Below are positions 36,082-45,302 of a stretch of DNA of 64,000 nt, one piece after another. The notes beneath the pieces are model-generated. The model was not told the origin of the DNA. It did no database searches and saw nothing but the letters and a program-made list of their open reading frames with translations. Every line of letters begins with the position of its first letter. Within the stretch, counting starts at the first letter, position 1. A program made the translations under genes and the position numbers. The stretch comes from an uncultured Gammaproteobacteria bacterium (GTDB lineage Bacteria > Patescibacteriota > Microgenomatia > JAMCZE01): NCBI GenBank assembly GCA_964609775.1, contig CAZSSJ010000002.1:19260-83259 (forward strand), read 5' to 3'.

Positions 36082-37539
36082 ATGTGGACGAAATTTTCCT
36101 CAGCAGCCTTGTTAATTTTGCTCATCTCCACCTCTCTTCATTTTTACGGCCGATCCTTCACCAACTTTTTCTTCCAGGACGATTTTTTCAATATCACCCT
36201 GTCTCAAAGTCAAAGCATTATTCAATCTTTTAACATTTTTTCTAAGCCGATACTTGACTTCTATTTCTTCCGACCGCTGACGACCCAGCTTTTTTGGGGC
36301 GTGACTTTTCCCGTCTTCGGGTGGAATGTCGCTCCATATCACCTAATCGTATCAATATTTTTTGCCATAAACATATTTTTCATCTATTGGCTATCAACGC
36401 TCCTGACAGACAAAAAGCCCATCGCTCTCTTAACCACATTCCTGTACGCCTTCTCCGCCACGCATTTCCATCGTCTGTTTTTTCTGTCACAGTTCCAAGA
36501 GATCGGCCTGACTACTTTTGTTCTACTGACAATAATATCCTATATTAAAAACAGCAAGCTTTCTTTAGTCTTTTTCATTCTCGCTTTGACAAGCAAGGAA
36601 ACTGCCGTTGTCACTCCAATCTTCCTCCTCGTCTTCAGTGTCCTATCAAGTCGCAAACAATACCGGCTTCTAGCACTGCATTTTCTAATCCTGGGAGTCT
36701 ACTTATTTCTTCGTTTCACCTTTTTTGGTTTTGCCTCTGGGGGCCCGTACACCTACGATTTTAATCCACTCCACGTCATCAATAACTATGTTTGGTACGG
36801 CCTTTGGGCCTTGGGCATCCCGGAGTCTTTCGTCAATTTGAAACTGTTTTTTGTCAACAGATATGATGATCTGGGACAGTGGCAATCGTTCTCGTTTATT
36901 AATCCCGATATATTCACTGCTTTTGGAATCTGGGGCGGGCCAATTATTCTTGTCTTCGCACTTTTGTTGTTAACTCTAATTCTAGCCCTAAACAAAAAAA
37001 ACTGGACCCATTTCTTCCGTCGAGAAAGCATTTTCGCCTCCATGATATTTATCATCTTCCTTTTGCCAGTTGCCTTCTTTCCTTTCCATAAATTTGCCTA
37101 CAGCTTAACACTTCCGGCCATAGGCCTGTCTCTGTTTCTGGCCAACCTACTTATCAATTTTTCTCTGCGTTTCCAAATCTTGTCCCTTGTCTTCTTCATT
37201 GCCCTCTCCTTTTTTACGACTCAATACAATGTTTCCGAGCACTGGGCAGTCAAGAAGGCGATAGTAGCCAAATTGGCTTGGGAATATTTCCGTCAAAACC
37301 ACCCGGAAAACATCACTGCGGACAACATTTATTTTCGAAATACTGACGCGCCCTATTGCTCGATTCTGAAAAATAAATTTAAACCCTCGCAGGAAGTGGC
37401 CTATGGTCTCGGCGGAGCCGATAGCCTCAGGCTTCTCTACAACAACCCAGAGTTGAAAGTTTATTTTGAAGACTTTGACGACAATCATCATTTGATGGCC
37501 GATTCTTTGATGATCGATTCTCGGCAGTTTTTGCCATGA
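36082..37539 (+). CDS. Polytopic membrane protein, GT-C candidate with a loop-1 DD motif
   Basis: 485 aa. TM1 is followed by FTNFFFQDDFFNITLSQ (acidic pair as in PMT/TMTC-type GT-C). Ten or more hydrophobic segments and a short soluble C-terminus. Confidence 0.4.
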   Translation: MWTKFSSAALLILLISTSLHFYGRSFTNFFFQDDFFNITLSQSQSIIQSFNIFSKPILDFYFFRPLTTQLFWGVTFPVFGWNVAPYHLIVSIFFAINIFFIYWLSTLLTDKKPIALLTTFLYAFSATHFHRLFFLSQFQEIGLTTFVLLTIISYIKNSKLSLVFFILALTSKETAVVTPIFLLVFSVLSSRKQYRLLALHFLILGVYLFLRFTFFGFASGGPYTYDFNPLHVINNYVWYGLWALGIPESFVNLKLFFVNRYDDLGQWQSFSFINPDIFTAFGIWGGPIILVFALLLLTLILALNKKNWTHFFRRESIFASMIFIIFLLPVAFFPFHKFAYSLTLPAIGLSLFLANLLINFSLRFQILSLVFFIALSFFTTQYNVSEHWAVKKAIVAKLAWEYFRQNHPENITADNIYFRNTDAPYCSILKNKFKPSQEVAYGLGGADSLRLLYNNPELKVYFEDFDDNHHLMADSLMIDSRQFLP

Positions 37540-39206
37540 AAGCCAACACCTTAGCGATCGTTATCATTATTTTCTTAGGGCTTTTTGCCATTCAGGCGCT
37601 CTTCACCCCCGGCTTCTACACGAGCCACGACGGCGCCACCCACGCTGCCCGGATTGCCAACTACTTCCTTGCCCTTGCAGACCACCAGTTTCCCCCCAGG
37701 TGGGCTCCGCTTCTTAATGGCGGGATGGGCTCGCCGATTTTTGTTTACATCTATCCCTTGCCCTATTTTCTCGGCGCGTTAGTTCACGCCATTGGGCTAT
37801 CTTTTACCGACAGTTTTAAAGCCATCCTTGGTCTGGCCTACATTGCTTCCGGAATAACTTTTTATATTTGGATGCGCAAACACTTTGCGGTCTGGTCTTC
37901 TCTTGCAGCGGCAGCAGTTTATCTGTTTGCTCCCTATCGCTTTTCCCTGTTGTTTGTTCGGGCTGCTTTTGCCGAAAGTATTGCCTACACTTTTGTTCCC
38001 CTGGTTTTTTTATCTATCGACCAAATGTTTTCCTCTAAAAATACGCGAAGATCAATTGCCTTCGGAGCAATGTCCACCAACCTTTTGCTACTGTCTCATA
38101 ATCTGGTAGCCTTCATCTTCTTGCCATTAGCCTTTTTGTATTCATTAGTCCTTTTCTGTCAAAGCAAAAAACTGTCAGCACTAATCAACTATTTTCTTTG
38201 CACCATCTTTGGATTTTTAATCTCTGCCTTTATCTACGTCCCGGACTTTCTAGAAAAAAAATACATCCGCTTTGACGAATTGATTAGTTATTATCAGAAT
38301 CACTTCGTCTATTTTTGGCAGTTCCTCCGCTCACCCTGGGACTATGGCTTTTCTTTCCTTGGTCCAGCTGACGCCATGAGTTTTCAAATCGGACTCGGCC
38401 AGCTTCTTGTACTGATTTTCTCACTGGTAATCTTGATCAGAATAATTATCTTCAAGAAGAAAGATAAACACTTCGCCAAGCTGATTTTCTTTTTAACCCT
38501 TTTTGCCGCTGCGGTGCTCTTAATGCTCGAAAGTCCCTTGAGTCGAATCCTCTGGAAAAACATTCCGGGACTCTCAACGATTGACTACCCCTGGCGGCTT
38601 TTGGGCATCACCACCTTTTCTCTGGCTGCTGTTTCAGGCGTTGTCGTCGACCAAAGTGGAAAAAGACTGAAAACGCTCCTGGCGACTGTCATTATTCTCG
38701 GAGTGCTCATTGCCAATCGCCACCATTTGCGCATTAATCAGCAAGTTTTCCTTCCTGATTCCCAATTTCTTTCCTACAGTGGTTCCGCGACCCATCTTGG
38801 CGAGTTTACCCCTGTCACTCGCGCCAGCTCAAAATTCATTCCTTTCCCCGACACCATCCAGGTCGTTTCCGGAAAAGCCACCATCGTCAAGCAAACAGAA
38901 AAGTCTGCAGGTAAAAAGTACCTCATCAATGCCTCGGAAAAGACCAAAATTCGCCTCAACACCCTCTATTTTCCCGGATGGCAAATTGCTCTTGATGGTA
39001 AAGTTCTGCGTTTGGAGACCGATTTCCAAATCACCGGGGACACCAATTTGAAAACTGACGTTGACCAGAGCGGACTTATATACGTCGACGTCTCTAAAGG
39101 TAAGCACGTGTTGACGGCTAAGTTCGCGGAAACTCCGGTGCGCCAGATAGCCGATTTCATGTCTCTCGGGTCGTTTGTTGTAGTATTAATCTTGCTTGTT
39201 ATCTAA
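37536..39206 (+). CDS. PTPS-related-type polytopic membrane protein (GT-C candidate), paralog 3
   Basis: ATGA overlap. Motifs: SHDGATHAARIANYFLALADHQFPPRWAPLLNGGMGSPIFVYIYPLPYFLG and C-terminal LYFPGWQIALDGK. Confidence 0.5.
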   Translation: MKANTLAIVIIIFLGLFAIQALFTPGFYTSHDGATHAARIANYFLALADHQFPPRWAPLLNGGMGSPIFVYIYPLPYFLGALVHAIGLSFTDSFKAILGLAYIASGITFYIWMRKHFAVWSSLAAAAVYLFAPYRFSLLFVRAAFAESIAYTFVPLVFLSIDQMFSSKNTRRSIAFGAMSTNLLLLSHNLVAFIFLPLAFLYSLVLFCQSKKLSALINYFLCTIFGFLISAFIYVPDFLEKKYIRFDELISYYQNHFVYFWQFLRSPWDYGFSFLGPADAMSFQIGLGQLLVLIFSLVILIRIIIFKKKDKHFAKLIFFLTLFAAAVLLMLESPLSRILWKNIPGLSTIDYPWRLLGITTFSLAAVSGVVVDQSGKRLKTLLATVIILGVLIANRHHLRINQQVFLPDSQFLSYSGSATHLGEFTPVTRASSKFIPFPDTIQVVSGKATIVKQTEKSAGKKYLINASEKTKIRLNTLYFPGWQIALDGKVLRLETDFQITGDTNLKTDVDQSGLIYVDVSKGKHVLTAKFAETPVRQIADFMSLGSFVVVLILLVI

Positions 39207-39212
39207 CAACCA

Positions 39213-39971
39213 ATGAAACTTTCCGTTGTCCTGGCCACTTTCAACGAGGAACAAAATATTGATCGCTGCCTCAAAGCCGTTTTCAAATGGGCTGACGAAA
39301 TTGTCGTTGTTGACGGTCGTTCCACTGACAAAACCATCGCTATTGCCCGAAAGTTCAAAGCCAGGATCATCGTCACAGATAATCCTCCGATGTTCCACAT
39401 CAATAAACAAAAAGCCATCGACGCGGCGAAAGGTGATTGGGTTTTGCAACTGGACGCTGATGAAGTTGTCACTCCCGAGCTTAAGAAAGAAATTGATTTC
39501 ACAATGAATAGTGATCCCGATGAAAATGGTTTTTGGATTCCCAGAAAAAATTACTTCCTTGGTAAGTTTCTGACTAAAGGGGGGGCCTATCCCGACTACA
39601 CTCTGCGCCTCTATCGCCGGACTAAAGGCCGCCTTCCTTGTAGGAGCGTTCATGAGCAAGCAGTCGTTGAAGGTAAGATCGGCTATCTAAAAAATCCCAT
39701 TTTGCACTATGCCGACCCCACTTTTGGCCGCTACATTGAAAGATTCAACCGCTACACTGATCTAGCCGCTCACAATGTTACCGGAGGCCTGCTGACAAAT
39801 CTTTTGTGGAAACCGCTTTTTGACCCTCTGCAAGGTTTTTTGCTCATCTACTTTCGTCACTTGGGCTTTCTCGACGGCTTTCCAGGATTTATCTGGGCCC
39901 TCTTTTCCGCCCTCAATTTTCCGATTGCATACTTTAAATCAATTGACATCAAAGAGGGGAGAGTGACCTAA
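39213..39971 (+). CDS. GT2 glycosyltransferase (WaaE/KdtX-like subfamily)
   Basis: Motifs: LSVVLATFNEEQNIDRCLKAVFKWADEIVVVDGRSTDKT and QLDADEVVT. Paralog of the genes at 14874 and 18375. Confidence 0.75.
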   Translation: MKLSVVLATFNEEQNIDRCLKAVFKWADEIVVVDGRSTDKTIAIARKFKARIIVTDNPPMFHINKQKAIDAAKGDWVLQLDADEVVTPELKKEIDFTMNSDPDENGFWIPRKNYFLGKFLTKGGAYPDYTLRLYRRTKGRLPCRSVHEQAVVEGKIGYLKNPILHYADPTFGRYIERFNRYTDLAAHNVTGGLLTNLLWKPLFDPLQGFLLIYFRHLGFLDGFPGFIWALFSALNFPIAYFKSIDIKEGRVT

Positions 39972-39972
39972 C

Positions 39973-41022
39973 TTGCGCCTTGGTTTTGTCCGGCCACCGA
40001 ATGCGGGGAATTTGATAAGAGGTGTCGGTACTTACGCTGATCACTTATATATTGCCTTGCAGAATGCTGGGGTGGGGGTGCATTGGCTTTCCCCGACATA
40101 CCCGGTGCTAAACGCCAGTAATTTCGACCTGATCCATTATCCCTATTTTGACCTCTTCTTTCTGACACAACCAATAACACTAGGTAAGTCAGTTATCACT
40201 GTTCATGATTTGACACCCTTAGTTCTTCCGAAATATTTCCCTGCAGGACCAAGAGGCCATCTTAAGTGGCAAGTCCAGAAAAATATCCTCCGAACTTCTT
40301 CGGCCGTCATCACCGTTTCCCAGGCTTCTAAAAAAGACATTGTCAACATAACTGGTTTGAAACCAGAAAAAATAATAGTTACTTACGAAGCAGCAGGCGA
40401 AAGTTTCCGGAAGCTAACCAGCTTGGCCCAGCTAAAGACCGTTAAAAATAAATTGGCCTTACCTGAAAAGTTTCTGCTTTATGTTGGTGACGTCAACGCC
40501 AATAAAAATATTCCCATGTTGCTTGAGGCCTTTGCGCAGTTTAAAAAAACTTCTCTCGGGGGAACCTTTTCCCTCGTGCTTGCCGGTGGAGCTTTCTTTA
40601 AAAAAGATCTTTTAGAGACAGAAAATATCCGGAGGTTGATCGAAGAGCTCAAGATTAAAAACGCCGTCATCCTTCCCGGTTTCGTGGAAACAAGCGACCT
40701 CGTCGGCCTCTATAATCTCGCCTCCGCCTACATTCAACCATCGCTCTATGAAGGTTTTGGTCTGCCGGTCTTGGAAGCCATGGCTTGCGGCACTCCGGTG
40801 ATCTGCGGACGAAACAGCAGCCTTCCTGAAGTGGCCGGGGACGCTGCTATCTATACAGACGTGACTAACGTAGCTGAATTTGCCCACACTATTACCTCGG
40901 TGGTCAGCTCTCCCAGGGATAAGTACACGCCAAAATGTCTTGCTCAGGCGGCCAAATTCAGCTGGGATAAAACCGCCAAGGAAACAATCGCTGTCTATGA
41001 GAAAGTTCTTAAAAACAAATAG
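39973..41022 (+). CDS. GT4 (group 1, GT-B) glycosyltransferase
   Basis: TTG start. Motifs: FLLYVGDVNANKNI and PSLYEGFGLPVLEAMACGTPVICGRNSSLPEV. Confidence 0.8.
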   Translation: MRLGFVRPPNAGNLIRGVGTYADHLYIALQNAGVGVHWLSPTYPVLNASNFDLIHYPYFDLFFLTQPITLGKSVITVHDLTPLVLPKYFPAGPRGHLKWQVQKNILRTSSAVITVSQASKKDIVNITGLKPEKIIVTYEAAGESFRKLTSLAQLKTVKNKLALPEKFLLYVGDVNANKNIPMLLEAFAQFKKTSLGGTFSLVLAGGAFFKKDLLETENIRRLIEELKIKNAVILPGFVETSDLVGLYNLASAYIQPSLYEGFGLPVLEAMACGTPVICGRNSSLPEVAGDAAIYTDVTNVAEFAHTITSVVSSPRDKYTPKCLAQAAKFSWDKTAKETIAVYEKVLKNK

Positions 41023-42100
41023 CTTTGTCATCACCGTCTTTGTCATTTGGCGCCTGGCGATGTTTCTCCTTGGCCTGCCGGGGTTTTCCATCCTGACCTT
41101 CAAAGCCAGCTTCCCCAAAATTGACGAGATGCTCATCGCCTCTGGCTTTCCTCAGTGGCTGTGGCAGTGGGGAAACTTCGACGGCGTGCACTATCTGGAC
41201 ATTGCCCAAAACGGCTATCACGGCTCTGGGCTCCAGGTCTTTTTCCCCGTCTTTCCGCTCCTGATAAAACTGGGCAGTTTCCTTACCGGCAACTACTTTC
41301 TCTCCGGTCTGGTGATCTCCAATTTGGCCATTTTGCTTGCGGGCATAACTTTATTTCAGCTTGTCAGCCGTGACTTCGACAACAAAACAGCCCGTTGGGC
41401 GGTCATCTTTTTGTTCGCCTTTCCCACTTCATTTTTCTTCGGCAGCGTCTATACCGAGTCGCTCTTTCTTCTTTTTCTCTTGCTCACTTTTCTCAAAACC
41501 GGCTGGCTTTCCGGGCTTTTCTCTTTTCTTGCCGGTGGAACCAGGTTAGTCGGAGCTTTTCTTACTCCGGTGCTGGTCGCTTTTCGACCAAGAAACTGGT
41601 GGGGGATTCTTGCTGGAGGCGGCATCGGACTTTATATCTCCTACTTAACACTAACTTTCGGCAATCCGTTCTATTTTCTAACCGGCCAAGGAGCCTTCAA
41701 AAACGCCAGGGCCAATTCTCTTGAGTCCTTAGTCCTTCCTCCGCAAGTGCTTTACCGTTACATCAAAATCTTAACCACCGCGAGTCCTGCCCACTATGAC
41801 TATTGGATTGCCGCACTCGAGTTGGCTGCTTTCATCTTTGGCCTCATCATAGTGCTTTACTTAACACTCAGGAAAAAAATGCCCGCTCCCTACCTCATTT
41901 TTTCCTTCCTGGCGCTTCTCCTCCCTAGCTTTTCCGGCACTCTGTCATCCATGCCCCGCTATCTATTGTCAATTTTCCCGATCTTTATCGGTTTAGCTAT
42001 AATCAAAAATAACTCTGTTAAAGTTGGCATCGTGACGCTTTTTACACTATTATTAGCCGCATTGACAATCCTTTTTACCCGAGGCTACTGGGTCAGTTGA
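40997..42100 (+). CDS. PIG-V-like (GT76-type) GT-C mannosyltransferase candidate
   Basis: Start chosen at ATG 40997 (MRKFLKTNSFVITVFVIW). The motif WGNFDGVHYLDIAQNGYHG..VFFPVFPLLIK resembles the WD..YL.IA..GY signature of Mannosyl_trans2. Polytopic. Confidence 0.5.
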   Translation: MRKFLKTNSFVITVFVIWRLAMFLLGLPGFSILTFKASFPKIDEMLIASGFPQWLWQWGNFDGVHYLDIAQNGYHGSGLQVFFPVFPLLIKLGSFLTGNYFLSGLVISNLAILLAGITLFQLVSRDFDNKTARWAVIFLFAFPTSFFFGSVYTESLFLLFLLLTFLKTGWLSGLFSFLAGGTRLVGAFLTPVLVAFRPRNWWGILAGGGIGLYISYLTLTFGNPFYFLTGQGAFKNARANSLESLVLPPQVLYRYIKILTTASPAHYDYWIAALELAAFIFGLIIVLYLTLRKKMPAPYLIFSFLALLLPSFSGTLSSMPRYLLSIFPIFIGLAIIKNNSVKVGIVTLFTLLLAALTILFTRGYWVS

Positions 42101-42103
42101 CAC

Positions 42104-42784
42104 GTGCCAAAAATCCTAGTTGTCATCCCTGCTTTTAATGAACAAGCTACCTTGCTCTCCGTCCTATCCGACGTGTTAAAGAACATCCCGGCTGATGTAC
42201 TTGTCGTCAACGACGGGTCTTCTGATTCGACTAAAGATATAGCGCTTAAAAACAATGTCTTTGTGGTCTCCCACGTCGCCAACCGCGGTCTTGGCGCGGC
42301 CTTGGGAACCGGTTTTGAGTTTGCCAGGAAAAGAGATTATGACATTTTGGTCACTTTCGACGCGGATGGTCAACACACTTCGAAAGACGCCTTAAAACTC
42401 ATCCGGACAATCGACAAGGGGAGAGCAGATGTGGCTATCGGCAGCCGGCTTTTGACCAAAACTGCGATGCCTTTGGATCGAAAAGTGCTCAACTATCTGA
42501 GCGACCTGTTAACCTATATTTTCTATGGTGTCTGGACAACAGACTCCCAGTCCGGTCTGCGGGCTTTTAATAAGGAGGCAATTTCAGAAATTAAAATTAT
42601 GACTGACCGCATGGAGGTCAGCAGTGAATTTTTTAGAGAGATAAAACGCAATCATTTAACTTTTAAAGAAGTCGCCATTCAGGCAATCTACACTGATTAT
42701 AGTTTGTCAAAAGGCCAGGACAAAAAGGGTAATTGGAATGCTTTGTCGATTGGAGTTAAAATGCTCTTAAGGCTTTTTTCCTAA
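42104..42784 (+). CDS. GT2, DPM/DPG-synthase-like
   Basis: GTG start. Motifs: ILVVIPAFNEQATL, LVVNDGSSDST, NRGLGAALGTGF and TFDADGQHTSKD. Confidence 0.7.
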   Translation: MPKILVVIPAFNEQATLLSVLSDVLKNIPADVLVVNDGSSDSTKDIALKNNVFVVSHVANRGLGAALGTGFEFARKRDYDILVTFDADGQHTSKDALKLIRTIDKGRADVAIGSRLLTKTAMPLDRKVLNYLSDLLTYIFYGVWTTDSQSGLRAFNKEAISEIKIMTDRMEVSSEFFREIKRNHLTFKEVAIQAIYTDYSLSKGQDKKGNWNALSIGVKMLLRLFS

Positions 42785-43129
42785 GTGACACTAATTCAAT
42801 TGCTACTATCGATCTTTCTGCTCTTTGCTCTCAGCCGGGTGATATTGCGCTTCCGTGGCGGCCAACTCTCACCCTTAGAATTCGCCTTTTGGTCGATCCT
42901 CTTCGTGGCAGCAATTTTTGGAATTTTTCTCCCCGAGCAAACGTCGCAACTGGCTAAAATATTAGGAATTGGTCGAGGAGCAGACCTGGTCGTTTATGTC
43001 TCAATTGTAATCATTTTCTACCTTGTTTTTAGACTCTATATTATGATCGAGAATCTCCGTCACGAAATAACCGAGATTGTCAGAAAAATAGCTCTGGAAA
43101 ATGTCATCAAATCGAAAACAAAAAAGTAA
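42785..43129 (+). CDS. DUF2304-type small membrane protein (GT2 partner)
   Basis: GTG start directly after the GT2 stop. 114 aa. The pattern LSRVILRFRGGQL..FAFWSILF..LAKILGIGRGADLVVYVSIVIIFYLVFRLY..ENLRHEITEIVRKIAL is typical of DUF2304. Confidence 0.65.
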   Translation: MTLIQLLLSIFLLFALSRVILRFRGGQLSPLEFAFWSILFVAAIFGIFLPEQTSQLAKILGIGRGADLVVYVSIVIIFYLVFRLYIMIENLRHEITEIVRKIALENVIKSKTKK

Positions 43130-44235
43130 TGAAAATTTTGTGGATCACTGAGTTTTTCCCCGCAACTTCGGCCGGAGAAATAACGGGGGGAGTTGAAGCG
43201 CGCTGTTTTTATGTCAGCCGATACCTTAAAAAGAGGGGAGTAGAACTAGAAGTCATTACCCGTCCCACCGGAGGAGAAACATGGTATCATGCTTCCCTCT
43301 CTTCAATCCCCAATAGGATCCTTTTTACCCTCAAAGCGATCATTAAAGGACTTGGAACTGACTTTGATCTGGTCGAGGGCTCGAACTCCGCCACCTATCC
43401 AGTTGCTGCCCTTTTGGGACTCCTTAAAAGAAAGCCAATCGTTTTTTGGTACCCCGACGTCTTCCAAGGAAGTTGGGTCGCCAAAGTGGGTTTAGTGGGC
43501 ATTCTTGGTAATATCTCAGACTGGATACTTTTCAAGATGCCAAACGTTCACTACATTGCCATCAGCCAGACAACGAAGCGTAAGCTCATGTCTAAGGGCG
43601 TAAGCGAGCTTAAAATTACCGTTATCTATTGTGGCATTGAACCAAAGGAGATATCCGCAATTAAAACTAATGGTCAGAAGACCACCCTCTCAGCCGTCAG
43701 CCGCTTAGTTGCCTATAAACACCTCGACGAGTTGATTAAAGCCGGGCAAATTCTCGTCCAAAAGCATCCCGACCTCAGCGTTAGCATTATTGGCCAAGGG
43801 CCGGAGGAACAAAAGTTAAAAAACCTGGCCAAAAGAATCGGGGTGGCAAAAAATATCAATTTTTTGGGATTTGTTAAAGACCACAAAGACGTTCTCGGAG
43901 TGGTCAATAAGTCCCAAGTTTTTGTGCACCCCTCGACTGTAGAAGGCTTTGGCATTGCTTTAATGGAGGCGGCAGCGCTGGGCGTTCCCTATGTTGCCGC
44001 TCGTCTTCCTATAGTCACGGAAGTGACTCGGACTGGCCAAGGAGGACTGCTGTTTGCAGCCGGAAATCACCACGATTTAGCTTCGAAAATTGACCAGCTC
44101 TTAACCTCTCGAAAGTTATATTTAACCAAGGCCAAACAAGCTGCTGCCCTCGCCGCCCACTACTCTTGGCATGAAGCCGCAAAGCAAACAGAGCGTCTTT
44201 ACAGGAAACGTGTCCAGAACAAAGCGATAGCATGA
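43129..44235 (+). CDS. GT4 (group 1, GT-B) glycosyltransferase
   Basis: TAATG overlap. Motifs: MKILWITEFFP and HPSTVEGFGIALMEAAALGVPYVAARLPIVTEV. Confidence 0.8.
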   Translation: MKILWITEFFPATSAGEITGGVEARCFYVSRYLKKRGVELEVITRPTGGETWYHASLSSIPNRILFTLKAIIKGLGTDFDLVEGSNSATYPVAALLGLLKRKPIVFWYPDVFQGSWVAKVGLVGILGNISDWILFKMPNVHYIAISQTTKRKLMSKGVSELKITVIYCGIEPKEISAIKTNGQKTTLSAVSRLVAYKHLDELIKAGQILVQKHPDLSVSIIGQGPEEQKLKNLAKRIGVAKNINFLGFVKDHKDVLGVVNKSQVFVHPSTVEGFGIALMEAAALGVPYVAARLPIVTEVTRTGQGGLLFAAGNHHDLASKIDQLLTSRKLYLTKAKQAAALAAHYSWHEAAKQTERLYRKRVQNKAIA

Positions 44236-45302
44236 AAGTGGATACGGATATGAAAATAGTAATTCTCACTGATGCTTGGACACCAATTTGGGGCGGTGGC
44301 CAAAAACATATTTGGGAGGTTTCTAAACGTTTAACTACTAATTACGATTGTCAAATAGATATTCTAGTCCCCAATCTTGTCAACGACGGTAAAACTCACC
44401 CGGATGAGGAAAAGTATTTTTCTGACAAATTGGTTATTCGCCGGTTGGGCAAGCCATTCGTTTTTCCTGATATCTTTGGCCGGAGTTTGTTTCTCCTCTT
44501 CTGCTTATCTTGGCCACTGACCCACGATTATGACATCATCCACGCCCACGCCTATCAATTTGTCCTCTTCCCGTTGTTAAGACTACTTCGTCCTCGCACT
44601 AAGCTTGTCTACACTCTCCACGGCGCCGGGGTCAACTTGCTCGGTGGCGCAGTCCTAAACACCTTCAAAATTCCCAAGTTAATCTGGGAGTTTTTTGTTC
44701 ATCACTTCCCTTATGATCTGTTGACGACAGTTGCCAAAAGCACCATCATCGCTCCTGTAGCTGCCAAAAAACTGGCCGTTGTCCCTAACGGTGTCGATAC
44801 CACATTGTTCGATAAGTTTAAGGAGCATAAGGATCCCCACAAGTTTAAGATTCTTTGGGTGGGGAGAATTGCCGATCCCGTCAAGGGCGTCAAGTATCTT
44901 GAGGAAGCAGTGGAGGAAATACAGCGCACTGATCCTAGAGTCAAGCTATCTTTAGTCACAAACAAATTTGGGGACGATTTGATAAAAGAATATAAATCAA
45001 GTGACTTGTTCGTTTTGCCATCCCTATCAGAAGGGCTACCATTAACTCTTCTTGAGGCGATGGCCGCCAAATTGCCCGTTGTGGTCACCGATGTTGGTGA
45101 TTGTAAAATGATTGTCAACTCAGCCCATTGCGGTGAAGTCGTCCCGCCAGCAAGCTCTTCTTCACTCGCGGCCGCAATCTTCAGAATGATTGACAGCAAG
45201 GATCGTCAAAAACTCGGTCTAAACGGTTACAATTTTGTCAAGGGGCACTACCTTTGGGACGAAATCGCCTCGAAGATCTACAGGGCATATCAAAATGTTT
45301 AA
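44232..45302 (+). CDS. GT4 (group 1, GT-B) glycosyltransferase
   Basis: ATGA overlap (alternative ATG at 44250, MKIVILTDAW). Motifs: ILWVGRIADPVKGVKYL and LPSLSEGLPLTLLEAMAAKLPVVVTDVG. Confidence 0.8.
   Translation: MKVDTDMKIVILTDAWTPIWGGGQKHIWEVSKRLTTNYDCQIDILVPNLVNDGKTHPDEEKYFSDKLVIRRLGKPFVFPDIFGRSLFLLFCLSWPLTHDYDIIHAHAYQFVLFPLLRLLRPRTKLVYTLHGAGVNLLGGAVLNTFKIPKLIWEFFVHHFPYDLLTTVAKSTIIAPVAAKKLAVVPNGVDTTLFDKFKEHKDPHKFKILWVGRIADPVKGVKYLEEAVEEIQRTDPRVKLSLVTNKFGDDLIKEYKSSDLFVLPSLSEGLPLTLLEAMAAKLPVVVTDVGDCKMIVNSAHCGEVVPPASSSSLAAAIFRMIDSKDRQKLGLNGYNFVKGHYLWDEIASKIYRAYQNV

Noticed and set aside
40612-41136. Long antisense ORFs: 174 aa here, plus 44711-45199 (162 aa), 33888-34313 (141 aa) and 5729-6130 (133 aa), all on the minus strand.
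   Set aside because: Each lies entirely opposite a well-supported plus-strand CDS with clear family motifs. Their translations are low-complexity with no recognisable motifs. They are typical shadow ORFs.
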